DNA of 64,000 nucleotides from Mobula hypostoma (taxonomy: Eukaryota), in assembly GCF_963921235.1 (NCBI RefSeq), contig NC_086099.1, forward strand, positions 122,202,001 through 122,266,000, given 5' to 3'. A program made the translations under genes and the position numbers. Below are positions 1 to 11,493 of the stretch, in pieces (positions within the stretch are counted from its first letter, which is position 1; each line of letters opens with the position of its first letter). Under the pieces are notes generated by a model. It was not told where the DNA came from, ran no database searches, and saw nothing but the letters and a program-made list of their open reading frames with translations.

Positions 1-2212
1 CCCATCAGCCCACTTTTGTTTCCCAGGTAGATTCAAATTCTTTATGAGGACTTGGTCTCCCGGCATGAGTTGGGAGAACCTAACCTCTTGATCATACCTC
101 CTCTTATTTCCTTGATTCTGCTTGGCAGCCGCGACCTCAGCTGATTCATAAGCCTTTTTCAGCTCCTTTCTCATATCAGACACATACTTCAGATAAATCT
201 TCGGTGGTAGGTCTTCCTCGCCAGTCCCGAAACAAAGGTCGATGGGCAACCTCGCCTTGCACCCAAACATCAGGTAACATGGTGAGTACCCAGTAGTGTC
301 ATTTCTTGTACAGTTGTCACAGTGGACCCAAACACTGTGATGTCATCCAGGTACACCAATACCTCAAGCAAGTTCATATATATCCCCCACCATTTTCTCC
401 ATGACCCGTTGGAGGGTTACAGGAGCTCCCGATATACCCTGAGGCATCCTTTTGAACTGGAAGAATCTCAGTGGACATATACATGCCATCTTCTCTTTGT
501 CAGCCTCACTCATGGGGATCTGGTAATATCCACTCCTCATGTCCAGCACACTGAACCACTTCGCACCACTCAGACAGACCAGCGCGTCTTCGATCCTTTG
601 GACCGTATACTGGTGGAGGATGGTACGCCTGTTGAGAGTCCTTCAAGTCCTATAGTCCACACACATCCATATCTTCCTACTCTTCTTCCTGGCCACTACT
701 ATTGGGGACACAAAGGGGCTTCTGGACTCGGTGATGATTCCAGCTTCCTTCAACTTACACAAAGGCTGCCACTACAGGAGCCAGTGGCCGCGACCTCTTT
801 GAACGGGGTGTCCTTGGAACAACCCACATCAAACTCATCAGTGGAAAAGACACCTTCCAGCTTCAACATCTTCTCTATCAACCTCCTCTTTCAACCTGCA
901 GGTACCAGGGAGTCCCCAAAGTTGAATGACTCAGCGGTCAAATTTCCCTCTTTCGCAGATAGTTTCTCCCCGGCGTGTCTCACAGGGACACGATACATGA
1001 CCGTCATCGGGAAGAGGTGTGCCAGGGGCATCCCCCACTTGAAGGTGACCTCCCTCTTCGTAGTGTTCCTGACAATCACTGCCATCCTGGTTGCTTGGAC
1101 AACCGAGGACTCCTGCAGTTTGGGCCTCACCACTACCCCAGCATGCACGCCCTCTCTTCATGGTCTACCAAGAGGGCCTCGCCGTTGGGCATACTGGGAA
1201 ATTTGGGGTTTCCCATTACTGTCACTACTTCCCCGGGCCATTACACATTTGGCTTGGACTGGGTGAACCACACAATCCCTCGTTTAAACTCATTATCCAG
1301 CCCAATGCAGCCACGCACTTCCTGAAGAGCAGCTCAAAATATTGAGTGAACAGACAATGTTCTCAGAAATCTCTCTCCAGCTTTCTCCTTGCAGGATCCT
1401 ATGAGTCTCCTCACAATAGGAGTGCTGGTGTCCAGAAGAATTGAAATGCTGCCCTTCGCAACAGGGTCTGGACAAACCAGTGCTAATAATGCGTCCAGGA
1501 CCTCAGCCACGCCCACATTGGCATCCGAAAACTCCAGCTTCACTGACAAATGACCATCATATGGATAATCACCCGCATTAAGACCCCAGACCTCCGGTGC
1601 ACTGAGAGGCATCAATGGTAAATTTGACAAGTACTGGTTGTAAAACGAACGGTACACCTAAGTGACCTGCACCCTGTGTCAAGTACAGCTCTAGCTAAAT
1701 ACCCTCTATCCATAGCAAAACACTGGAGCTTGATCCCACTAAGCCTTCAGGAATATGTTTGTTTGCTTTAGGGTGTTCCTTGATATATTGCTGGGAATGT
1801 GTTTCCCCGTGCCGGCCCCCCCCCGCCCCCCGCCGAAATGCCAGGCTGCCCCCTCACTGGGTCTCTTATAAAGTTTTCCCAACGTCTCTCTCTGCTTAGG
1901 TATCCAGGGCAGGCTATCTGTGGTCACTTCACTGCAGGGCACCACTACTGAGGACTGTATCCTGCTGACAGAGCCCTTCCGTGCCTCCGATGCATTCTCC
2001 TCCTCTCATACAGGAGTACGAATATCTACCCCACTCAGCACGCACACATTGGTTACCAGTAACCCCGTGGATTCACACCACCGCTCGACCCCAGCAGCAT
2101 CGTTATCACTTTACCGGACAATAGTTTAACAGACTTAAACATACAACCCACTGAGTCAATGCTCAGGGCAATCACACAATATCCGACAAAATCTATCCCA
2201 GATGAGCCCCTC
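1..2212 (-). mobile_element. Degenerate Ty3/Gypsy LTR retrotransposon internal region (gag/protease remnants, RT, integrase C-terminus), internally deleted
   Basis: Minus-strand translations give RT motifs (LDMRSGYYQIPM, FKRMPQG, LVYLDDITVFGS at ~325-358) and an integrase C-terminal segment (NCTRNDTTGYSPCYLMFG). Frameshifts and stops are present. A tRNA-Pro-like PBS (GAGGGGCTCATCTGGGAT) lies at 2195-2212. Confidence 0.9.
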
Positions 2213-2218
2213 AGATTC

Positions 2219-2737
2219 TGTCAGCCGTGTAGATCTAGGGAAGACAATCTCTGGCCCTGCCAAACGGGTGAGATTGAGGTGTGAGCCCACCCCAAAACCC
2301 TCGTTTGTGTGGATGCTGCGTGATTTGTTACCGTTACAAATCAGTACCATGAAATAACAGACAGCACACCACATACAACGAAAAGATTTAGTTTTATAAT
2401 TCTTAATTTGACTACAGGGTTAGTAAAGAAAAAGCAAAAAAAAGAAAAGGGCCCATTTTAATGGAACAGTCTAATGTGCACAAGTTGGAGTTCACGGTTT
2501 CCCCTTTGCCGATCCTCCTTCAATCTCCCTGGCCTTCGTCGGATCATGGCTGCGCTCCGGCGCCTTCTCTCTTCATCTCCCGCCGAACAAAAGACCCAGA
2601 TCACCCTGCACGAAAACACTTTCCTGTCATTGGACGGCTCACATTCCAAAGCACCCGTTATCTCTAATTATAACTCAAACACTGCTTCTACAGAAAGACT
2701 ATTACATTAGCAGTGAAACCTTTCCCAGGGTGTTACA
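2219..2737 (-). mobile_element. 5' LTR of the Gypsy element
   Basis: On the minus strand it begins TGTAACA (2737) and ends TGACA (2219), a few bases before the PBS-like sequence. Confidence 0.7.
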
Positions 2738-3099
2738 TATATTTACAATGTATCTACAATGCTTCCTTTGAATTATATATAATTTTCACACCTCCTTCTT
2801 CACACCCACAGTCCAGACACCCAAAATAGAATGTTAATCAGCATTGTCTGACTTTTCAATTAACTGCTGTCCACAGCTTCAGAAAACTATTGTTCAAGGC
2901 TGCATTTTAAATTTAATCTACAATCCTTGTTCAGGTCTAAAGGTTGGCTGTTGAAGTTAATGTTTGCTATATACCCCAATTTCAGAACATGTCCTAACAT
3001 ACCGTATGTTTTTTGATAATTAATTTACTTTGAACTTTGAATTTATCTATCCTAATGTTTGTTTTTCAAAAGTTCCAGCATCTCTTTCCTAACATCAAC

Positions 3100-3790
3100 A
3101 ATTTCAGTATTTCAGCCTTTTCCATGCCTCCCTCACATCCTTCAAGGTCCCTCTCATTCGTGAATACCAAAGCAAATTATTCATTAAGGGTCTCCCCTAC
3201 CTCCTCCAATTCCAGGTACATGGTTCCTCTTCTATCCCTGATCCATCTTACCCTCACTTTAGTCATCCTTCTGTTCTTCATGTATATGTAGAATGTCTTG
3301 CAGTTTTCATTAATATTACTCACCCAAGGCCTTCTCATGTCCCCTTCTAGATCTCTGAAGTCACTTCTTAAACTCTTCTGTCTATTTTACAACTCTCTCA
3401 TCTTTGCTTCCTAAAACTTAAGTAAACTTCTTTTTCCCTCTTGACTAGATTTTCGACATCTCCTCTCAAGTATGGTTCCTTTACTTTACCATCTCTTCCA
3501 TGATTCAAAGGAACAAATCTATCCAGAACACTTTGCAAGAGCTCCCTAAACAGCCCCCGCATTTCCGCTGTACATTTCACTGAGGACATCTGTTCCCAAG
3601 TTCCTTCCTAACAGCATCATAATTCCCCCTCCTCCAATTAAGTACCTACCATACTGCGTGCTCCTATCCTTCTCCAAGACTATAGTGAAGATCAGGGAGT
3701 TGTGGTCACTGTCTCTGAAATGCTCTCACACTGAGAGATCTGACATCTGACCTGGTTCATTACCTATCAGCAGATCCAGTATGGCGAGTT
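3100..3790 (-). mobile_element. CR1 LINE ORF2 fragment (degenerate)
   Basis: ORF 3398-3589 resembles the CR1 endonuclease-RT linker. The sequence resembles 7300-7630. Confidence 0.7.
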
Positions 3791-3794
3791 GACC

Positions 3795-5215
3795 TGCCCC
3801 CTAGTGCACGGATACACTGAGCTGCCCCACGGTGCACGGATACACCGAGCTGCCCCACGGTGCACGGATACACCGAGCTGCCCCACGGTGCACGGATACA
3901 CAGAGCTGCCCCTGAGTGCAGATATACACCGAGCTGCCCCACAGTGCACGGATACACCGAGCTGACCCCTAGTGCACGGATACACCGAGCTGCCCCACAG
4001 TGCACGGATACACCGAGCTGCCCTCTAGTTCACGGATACACCGAGCTGCCCCATAGTGCACGGATACACCGAGCTGCCCCATAGTGCACGGATACACCGA
4101 GCTTCCCCATAGTGCACGGATACACCGAGCTGCCCCACAGTGCACGGATGCACCGAGCTGCCCCACAGTGCACGGATACACCGAGCTACCCCACAGTGCA
4201 CGGATACACCGAGCTGACCCCTAGTTCACACATTCACCGAGCTGACTCCTAGTGCACGGATACACCGAGCTGCCCCACGGTGCACTGATACACCGAGCTG
4301 CACCACGGTGCACGGATACACCGAGCTGCCCCACGGTGCACCGATACACCGAGCTGCACCACGGTGCACGGATACACCGAGCTGCCCTCTAGTTCACGGA
4401 TACACCGAGCTGCCCCACAGTGCACGGATACACCGAGCTGCCCCACAGTGCACGGATACACCGAGCTGCCCCACAGTGCACGGATACACCGAGCTGCCCC
4501 ACAGTGCACGGATACACCGAGCTGCCCCACAGTGCACGGATACACCGAGCTGCCCCACACTGCACAGATACACCGAGCTGCCCCACACTGCACAGATACA
4601 CTGAGCTGCCCCCTCGTGCACGGATACACCGAGCTGCCCCACAGTGCACGGATACATCGAGCTGCCCCCTAGTGCACGGATACACCGAGCTGCCCCACAG
4701 TGCACGGATACACCGAGCTGCCCCACAGTGCACGGATACACAGAGCTGCCCCACAGTGCATGGATACACCGAGCTGCCCCCTCGCTCACACATTCATCGA
4801 GCTGCCCCATAGTGTAGTTCACACATTCACTGAGCTGCCCCTGAGTGCACGGATACACCGAGCTGCCCCACAGTGCACGGATACACTTACACCGAGCTTT
4901 CCCAGAGCTGCCCCCTAGTGCACGGTTACACAGAGCTGCCCCCTAGTTCACACATTCACCGAGCTGCCCCACAGTGCACGGATACACCGAGCTGCCCCAC
5001 AGTGCACGGATACACCGAGCTGCCCCACAGTGCACGGATACACTGAGCTGCCCCACAGTGCACGGATACACCGAGCTTTCCCACAGTGCACGGATACACC
5101 GAGCTGCCCCCTAGTGCACGGTTACACAGAGCTGCCCCCTAGTTCACACATTCACCGAGCTGCCCCACAGTGCACGGATACACCGAGCTGCCCCCTAGTT
5201 CACACTGAGCTGTCC
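3795..5215. repeat. 28-bp minisatellite, ~50 copies (GTGCACGGATACACCGAGCTGCCCCACA)
   Basis: Tandem unit is directly visible and explains the many repetitive ORFs at 3760-5326. Confidence 0.95.
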
Positions 5216-5585
5216 TACCCCTCCCCCCCCACACACACACACACACACACTCATCCTGCACTGATCACTTTTCACCTTTTATCGCTGCATATTCACGCAT
5301 TTATACAACTGTTTGTTTTTTTATAGTGGTGCCAGTAACATTATATTGTCTCACACAAATGGGCACCTCACACTTGATGTCAATCATATCAAGTGCGTTT
5401 GTACAGCAAGTATTTGCCTGGGAGCCTTCCTCTCACTGCCAGCCCAGGGAGTCTTGGCTCTTGCTGCTGAGATCTGGTGACATGGCCATTCTACCAGATG
5501 TCTTGGGCAGATTTCTCAGAAACCCACCCCACAGTATCTAGAGGGTCATATCCCACCGTGTCAGAGTTGACCAGTGCCTGCTGGA

Positions 5586-7630
5586 CTTAGAAACATAGAA
5601 AACGTACAGCACAATACTGGCCCTTCGGCCCACATTGCTGTGACAAACATGTCCTTACCTTAGAAATTACCTAGGATTACCCATAAACCTCTATTTTTCT
5701 AAGCTCCATGTACCTATCCAGGAGTCTCTTAAAAGACCCTATCCTATCCGCCTCCAACACCGTCGCCGGTAGCCCATTCCACGCACTCACCACCCTCCGC
5801 GTAAAAAACTTACCCCTGACATCTCCTCTGTACCTACTTCCAAACACCTTAAAACTGTGCCTTGTCACGTTAGCCATTTCATCCCTGGGAAAAAGTCTCC
5901 ACCTATTCACATGATCAATGCCTCTCATCTTCCATCGCTCCAAGGAGAAAAGGCCAAGTTCACTCTATTCTCATAGGGCATGCTCCCCAATCCAGGCAAC
6001 GTCCTTGTAAATTTCCTCTGCACCCTTTCTATGGTTTCCACGTCCTCCCTGTAGTGAGGCGGCTAGAACTCAGCACAGTATCCCAAGTGGGGTCTGACCA
6101 GAGTCAACCTGCGCAGCAGCTTTGAATGTCCTCTGAACTCAGATCCCAAGATCCCTCTGAACCTCCACACTGCCAAGAGTCTTACCATTACTACTATATT
6201 CTGCCATCATATTTGACCTACCAGAATGAACCACCTCACACTTATCTGGGTTGAACTCCATCTGCCACTTCTCAGCCCAGTTTTGCATCCTATCAATGTC
6301 CTGCTGTAACCTGTGACAACCCTCCACACTATCCACAACACCCCCAACCTTTGCGTCATCAGCAAACTTACTAAACCATCCCTCCACTTTCTCATCCAGG
6401 TCATTTATTAAAATCACGAAGAGTAAGGGTCCCAGAACAGATCCCCGAGGCACACCACTGCTCACCGACCTCCATGCAGATTATGACCCATCTACAACCA
6501 CTCTTTGCCTCCTGTGAGCAAGCCAATTCTGGATCCACAAAGCAATGTCCCCTTGGATCCCATGCCTCCTTACTTTCTCAATAAGCCTTGCATGGGGTAC
6601 CTTGTCAAGTGCCTTGCTGAATTCCATATATACTACATCTACTGCTCTACCTTCATCAATGAGTTTAGTCACATCCTCAAAAAATTCAATCAGGCTCGTA
6701 AGGCACGACCTGCTTTTAACAAAGCTATGCTGACTGTTCCTAATCATATTATGCCTCTCCCAATGTTCATAAATCCTGCCTCTCAGGATCTTTTCCATCA
6801 ACTTACCAACCACTGAAGTAAGACTCACTGGTCTATCATTTCCTGGGCTATCTCTACTCCCTTTCTTGAATAAAGCAACAACATCCGCAACCCTCCATTT
6901 CTCTGGAACCTCTCCCGTACTCATTGATGATACAAAGATCATCACCAGAGGCTCAGCAATCTTCTCCCTTGCCTCCCACAGTAGCCTGGGATACATCTCA
7001 TCTGGTCCTGATGACTTATCCAACTTGATGCATTCCAAAAGCTCCAGCACATCCTCTTTCTTAATATCTACATGCTCAAGCTTATCATCGTCATAGTCAT
7101 ATTGATTGATCCCGAGGGAAATTGGTTTTCGTTACAGCTGCACCAAGAATAGAGTATAAATATAGCAATATAAAACCATAAATAATTAAATAGTAATATG
7201 TAAATTATGCCAGGAAATAAGTCCAGGACCAGCCTATTGGCTCAACCGTAACAGGCTGCATGCACGACCGGCGCATGCACACCCAAGTCCACTAGTTCAC
7301 TGTAGGTCATCCCTACAATCACCGAGATCCATTTCCGCAGTGAATACTGAATCAATGTTTTCATTAAGTACCTCTGCTATCTCCTTCGGTTCCATACACA
7401 CTTTTCCACTGTCACACTTGATAGGTCCTATTCTCTCATGTCTTGCTTATCCTCTTGCTCTTCATATACTTGTAGAATGCCTTGGGGGGGGGGGGGGTTC
7501 CTTAATCCTGTCCGTCAAGGCCTTCTCATGGCCCCTTCTGGCTCTCCTAATTTCATTCTTAAACTCCTTCCTGCCAGCCTTATAATCTTCTAGATTTCTA
7601 TCATTACCTAGTTTTTTGAACCTTTCCAAT
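5586..7630 (-). mobile_element. CR1 LINE, 5'-truncated and degenerate (RT and 3' end), interrupted at ~7084-7295
   Basis: ORFs contain RPVSLTSVVGKLME, SCLTSLIEFFE, SGVPRGSVLGPLLF and SKFADD. The CR1 3' tail (TTTCTATGTTTCT on the minus strand) is at ~5590. Confidence 0.92.
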
Positions 7631-7644
7631 GGACTTGTGGTCAT

Positions 7645-7880
7645 AGATAAACACAGAAATTCTGGAGATACTGAAAATCCAAAGCAATACATACAAAACG
7701 CTGGAGGAACTTAGCGAGCGAGGCACATCTATGGAGTGGAATAAACAGTCGACGTTTCAGGCCGACACCGTTCATCAGGAATGTAAAGGAGGGGTGGTGC
7801 AGAAGCCAGAATGAGAAGGCGGGGAAAGGAAAGGGTGACAGGTGAAGCCAGTTGAGGGGGAAGGTGGGTGGACAGGGAAG
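7645..7880 (-). mobile_element. Penelope-like element terminal fragment containing a minimal hammerhead motif
   Basis: Minus strand reads ACATTC CTGATGA ACGGTGTCGGCCT GAAAC GTC GACTGT. The same repeat family recurs at ~10150-10410, 23050-23175, 31480-31740, 38460-38590 and 49780-50290. Confidence 0.7.
7746..7784 (-). ncRNA. Minimal type I hammerhead ribozyme motif (Penelope-associated)
   Basis: CUGAUGA and GAAAC core, GUC cleavage triplet, stem I ACAUUC/GACUGU (one mismatch), short stem II and palindromic ACGU stem III. Confidence 0.6.
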
Positions 7881-8072
7881 ACAGAGACGGAGAGAGAGAA
7901 AGAGGGAGACGGAGAGAGAGACAGGGAGAGGGAGAGGATAAAAAAATCCTGATTGGTCTCTCTTTGTACTCAGTAGACCTATCAGTTTTCGTTCAAGGCG
8001 GGCTTTACAGTCGACCTCTCTCTCTTTCATTGTCCATCAGTTCAGTTTAGTGTCCTGCAGCGCCATGGCAGA

Positions 8073-8243
8073 ATGTTCCAAAAAAAAAGGAAATATAAAA
8101 CATACTTCATCCCAGACTACACTAAAGTGTACCCCTGCCTAATAGGGGTCAAAAATAATGACAGTGTTGCTCGCTGCACTGTTTGCAACAGTGACTTTTC
8201 TATGGCCCATGGTGGGTTAAATGACTGTAAAAGACATGTTGAG
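8073..8243 (+). mobile_element. DNA-transposon (hAT-like) transposase N-terminal fragment with a BED-like zinc finger
   Basis: Translation ...ARCTVCNSDFSMAHGGLNDCKRHVE has a CxxC...H pattern and is followed by a GAG|GTGAGT donor. No downstream transposase exon is recognisable. Confidence 0.55.
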
Positions 8244-8559
8244 GTGAGTTTAACAGGTGTCATTCGTTCATTAGCATAGCTAACGTTATTTAAACTAGCT
8301 GACTAGCTGCTAAGCAGCTACTCTATTGATGTCCTCTGTGATGAGGCCAAACTCCCTGTAGACTTGCTTAAGGTTGTAATAGAATAAAAAACGACTCCAT
8401 GATAATACAAGTACATATTTTAATGTAACATTTTCTGCATGAGACAATATAATAAGGATACACCTTATGCTTTTACTTCTTTTAGGGACCACAACATATT
8501 AGGGAGGCTAATTCATTGACACAGACTGCTGTGAGGTTGAGACCGCCCTGAAATGAGTT

Positions 8560-9050
8560 TTTGTTGGGTGAGATGTCTGGTACTTTGGGAGAAAAGGAAG
8601 GAGGAGTGGCACCAGGGGGAGGTGATGGGGAAGTGAAAAGAGGTAAGACGGGAGCCAGAGTGGGTAACAGGAAAGAGAGAAGGGCGAGAAATAATCGAAG
8701 TTGGAGAACTCGATATTCATACCGCCAGGTTGGAAGCTACACAGGCGGAACAGGAGGCAGTGGAGTAGGCTATGGGTACTGGAATAAAAAAACATGGTTT
8801 GCCACAGGAAATCCTTCCGGTTGCGGAAGGTGCGAAGGACAAGACGGTCCCCCAATCTTCCTCGGGTCTCACTGATGTACGAGAGACTGCACGGTGAGTA
8901 CCAGATACAATAGATGACTCCGACAGACTTGTAGGTGAAGTGTTGACTCACCTGGAAGGGTCCTGAATGGAGGTGAGGGAGGAGGTATTGGACTTGTCCC
9001 GCTTGCAAGGGGTTAAGTGCCAAGAAGGGGGAATTGATGGTCCAAGTTTT
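8560..9050 (-). mobile_element. Penelope-like element GIY-YIG endonuclease fragment
   Basis: Minus-strand translation QHFTYKSVGVIYCIWYSPCSLSYISETRGRLGDR matches the PLE VIY..C..C...YIGET.R.L..R motif in degenerate form. Confidence 0.75.
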
Positions 9051-9199
9051 TGTTCGCAAGACTTTTTCCATCAAGGACTGGTGAGCTGGAGAGGCCACGT
9101 CCAGCAACCTGGGGCGTTGTACGGTAACGTGGCCATTCCTATCCTCCCCAAGAGCAGACAGTCGACCCCCAGCTCCAGGGACTCGCAGGTCTCTCTACG

Positions 9200-9480
9200 C
9201 GGAATGATCGGAATGAATGGGCGCTCTCCACCAATCAGTTCCAGGAGATGCTCTGGTGTGGGGGCGGGACCGCGGCGGTTTCACCAATATGCTGCGGATA
9301 ATGAAACGGAGGGGCGGGGATTGTGGCGGAACCACCAATCATCTTCAGAAAATGCGCTTGGGGGGCGGGAACAGCGGTGATGCAACCAATCCGATGTAGA
9401 GGAAGGAGCCGTAGGGCGGAACCACGTGACTACGCCTATTTTCATCGGCGGCGGCGGCAAGGACCTCCATTTTGTCGGTG
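9200..9480 (+). promoter_or_regulatory. srsf3: srsf3 TATA-less CpG-island promoter
   Basis: CCAAT at 9231, 9284, 9335 and 9386; GC boxes at ~9261, 9311, 9362 and 9414; E-box CACGTGAC at 9423; YY1-like CCATTTT at 9467. CpG-rich over ~9100-10100. Confidence 0.85.
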
Positions 9481-9534
9481 AGCGGTCAGTCGGCGGCGGC
9501 AGCACTAGACAGGCACACGGGCCGGGAGTAGCAG
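9450..9534 (+). other. srsf3: srsf3 non-coding exon 1 (start approximate)
   Basis: Donor CAG|GTAACT at 9534/9535 just downstream of the promoter. SRSF3 has a non-coding first exon. Confidence 0.7.
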
Positions 9535-11287
9535 GTAACTGGGGCTCCTGACCAGCGCGCCTAGTGGCCGGGCACCCCACCGTGCAGTGCCGGGCTCCGA
9601 TCCCAGACGGATCGTGGTGGGGAAGGCGCCACCTCCCGCTCTACTAGGCCCCTACGTAGATCCCAGGCTTCAGGCCGCAACGGCCTGGTATTAGCCTCGA
9701 CCTCCCGGTGCTGAAGCCCTCTTCCCCGGCTGTAGTTGTCAGTTGGAGGGGAGGGGCGGAGCGGCCGGGGACTGAGGGGAGAGGAGGAGGAGGAGGAGGA
9801 GGTGGGATGCGTGGTCCCTGCGGGGCGGGCGCGGTCTGGGGATGGCGCCGCCATTTTCTCCCATGTGGGCCGAGAACAAAGAGGCGGCGGCCGGGCTCGT
9901 GAGCCCATCGCCCCTGGCCTACAGCAGTCCCATTACCGGCAGGGGACTCTCTCTACACCGCTGTCCCGCTACTTTCCGGCCGTCTGTGGCCTCGATCCTC
10001 CCTTCCCTGCAGGGCTGTGCACAAGGGGCAGCCAGCTGGGTATTCCTGCGCCCGCCGTCTTTGTACTGCCATTGTTTCCCAGTCGCAACATTGAGCTGTG
10101 AATCAACTCCTGACTTGTTTTTTCTTCTGGCGGTGCCTCTGCCATTTGCACATGCAAAACATTGGAGGAACTCAGCAAAACAGGCGCATCTGTGGACATG
10201 AATAAACGGTCAGGATGCAGCATACAAACTCAAGCATGGGTAACACGATGAAGGCAGGGCTACTTTGTTAGGGATCTCCTGTACCCATGAACTGAAAAGG
10301 AAGGATAATGAAGGATTTCGGCACTTTATTAATTTCCTTAGACGCTTCCTGACCTGAGTTCCTCCAGCAATTTGTGTGTTACTCTGGATTTCCAGCACCT
10401 GCAGAGTCTCTTGTTTAGATTATGCCATGCCATGTCACTGGGAAAGTTGGATCCGATTTTGTAATTTGCGTTGAAAATAATCGACCCGCGCCCCTAGCCG
10501 GCGGCATCTTTGTGTCTACTTTTGGCATCTTTTGGAGAGAATCGGATTAATCCTGTGGTTTTAAGTATCATTTTAACTTGTCTTTGTTACAATGCAGCAT
10601 TTACATGTTTATCGTTCGGCAAGACTGTTTTGTGGATTTTAATTGATCTGTTGCTTTATTTTGTTACTTTTTGCTTAATTGTAGCCTCCCTCCCACAGTT
10701 TACTGGTCTGAAATTACTTGTTCGGTAGTAGTTTCAGTATTCCTCCTGTGGCATAGTAAACAATGGCACTGCTTTCAACCAGCCCTTGAAATGTTAAAAG
10801 GCTAAGTAGTGTTATTGACAGAACCAGTCATTGATGTTTTCACATTTACCAGCTAATCATTAGCGGCACGTTTTAGATTTTCATTCCTTGAGCCTTGAGG
10901 GTTGCTGTTGGACGGTGTCCTTTAATCCACGTTATTTACAGTAATGCAGAGTTAACTGGTTAAGTGAATTCTTCACTTTAAAAGGCTTCGTCGTTTTGAT
11001 CCATAGAGTACATTTATTATCGAACACCCCGTATTTCATGCTACCCTGAGATTCATTTTCTTGCTGGCATTCACAATAGAACAAAGAAACATAAGAATCA
11101 ATTTAAAACTAAACAGCGAGTGTGCAAAAGACACAAATTATGCAAATACAGAAAGAAAAAGTAATAAATAATGAGAACTTGAGTTGAATGTTTGTATTTT
11201 GAAGTTGGTCTTTTGTAGTTTTGTGTACAAAGTTTCAGTGTGAAGAAGCTCCCAGTAATTCACAGATTTTTGTCTGGTCTTGCAGCC

Positions 11288-11493
11288 ATGAATCATGGTT
11301 CGTGTCCTTTAGACTGCAAGGTGTACGTTGGGAATCTGGGAAATAATGGGAACAAGACTGAACTGGAGCGATCGTTTGGGTATTATGGCCCTCTCCGTAG
11401 TGTGTGGGTTGCCCGAAATCCACCAGGCTTCGCTTTTGTTGAGTTTGAAGATCCACGCGATGCTTCTGATGCTGTCAGGGAGCTAGATGGAAG
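11288..11493 (+). CDS. srsf3: Serine/arginine-rich splicing factor 3, coding exon 1 (gene exon 2; RRM with RNP2 and RNP1)
   Basis: [68 protein letters not shown]. Acceptor TTGCAG|CC at 11285/11286, donor AAG|GTAATC, 206 coding nt. Confidence 0.97.

Noticed and set aside
322-1266. 314-aa + strand ORF
   Set aside because: It is antisense to Gypsy pol and has no recognisable protein features.
3760-5326. Multiple Cys/His-rich ORFs, and a CRISPR-like appearance
   Set aside because: These are translations of a 28-bp minisatellite with no unique spacers, in eukaryotic DNA.
8967-10201. GC-rich ORFs across the CpG island
   Set aside because: These are expected by-products of high GC and overlap the promoter, exon 1 and intron 1.
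11240-11287. N-terminal extension of SRSF3 in the ORF track ([10 protein letters not shown]...)
   Set aside because: It starts at GTG in intronic sequence upstream of the acceptor at 11285/11286. The real start is ATG 11288.
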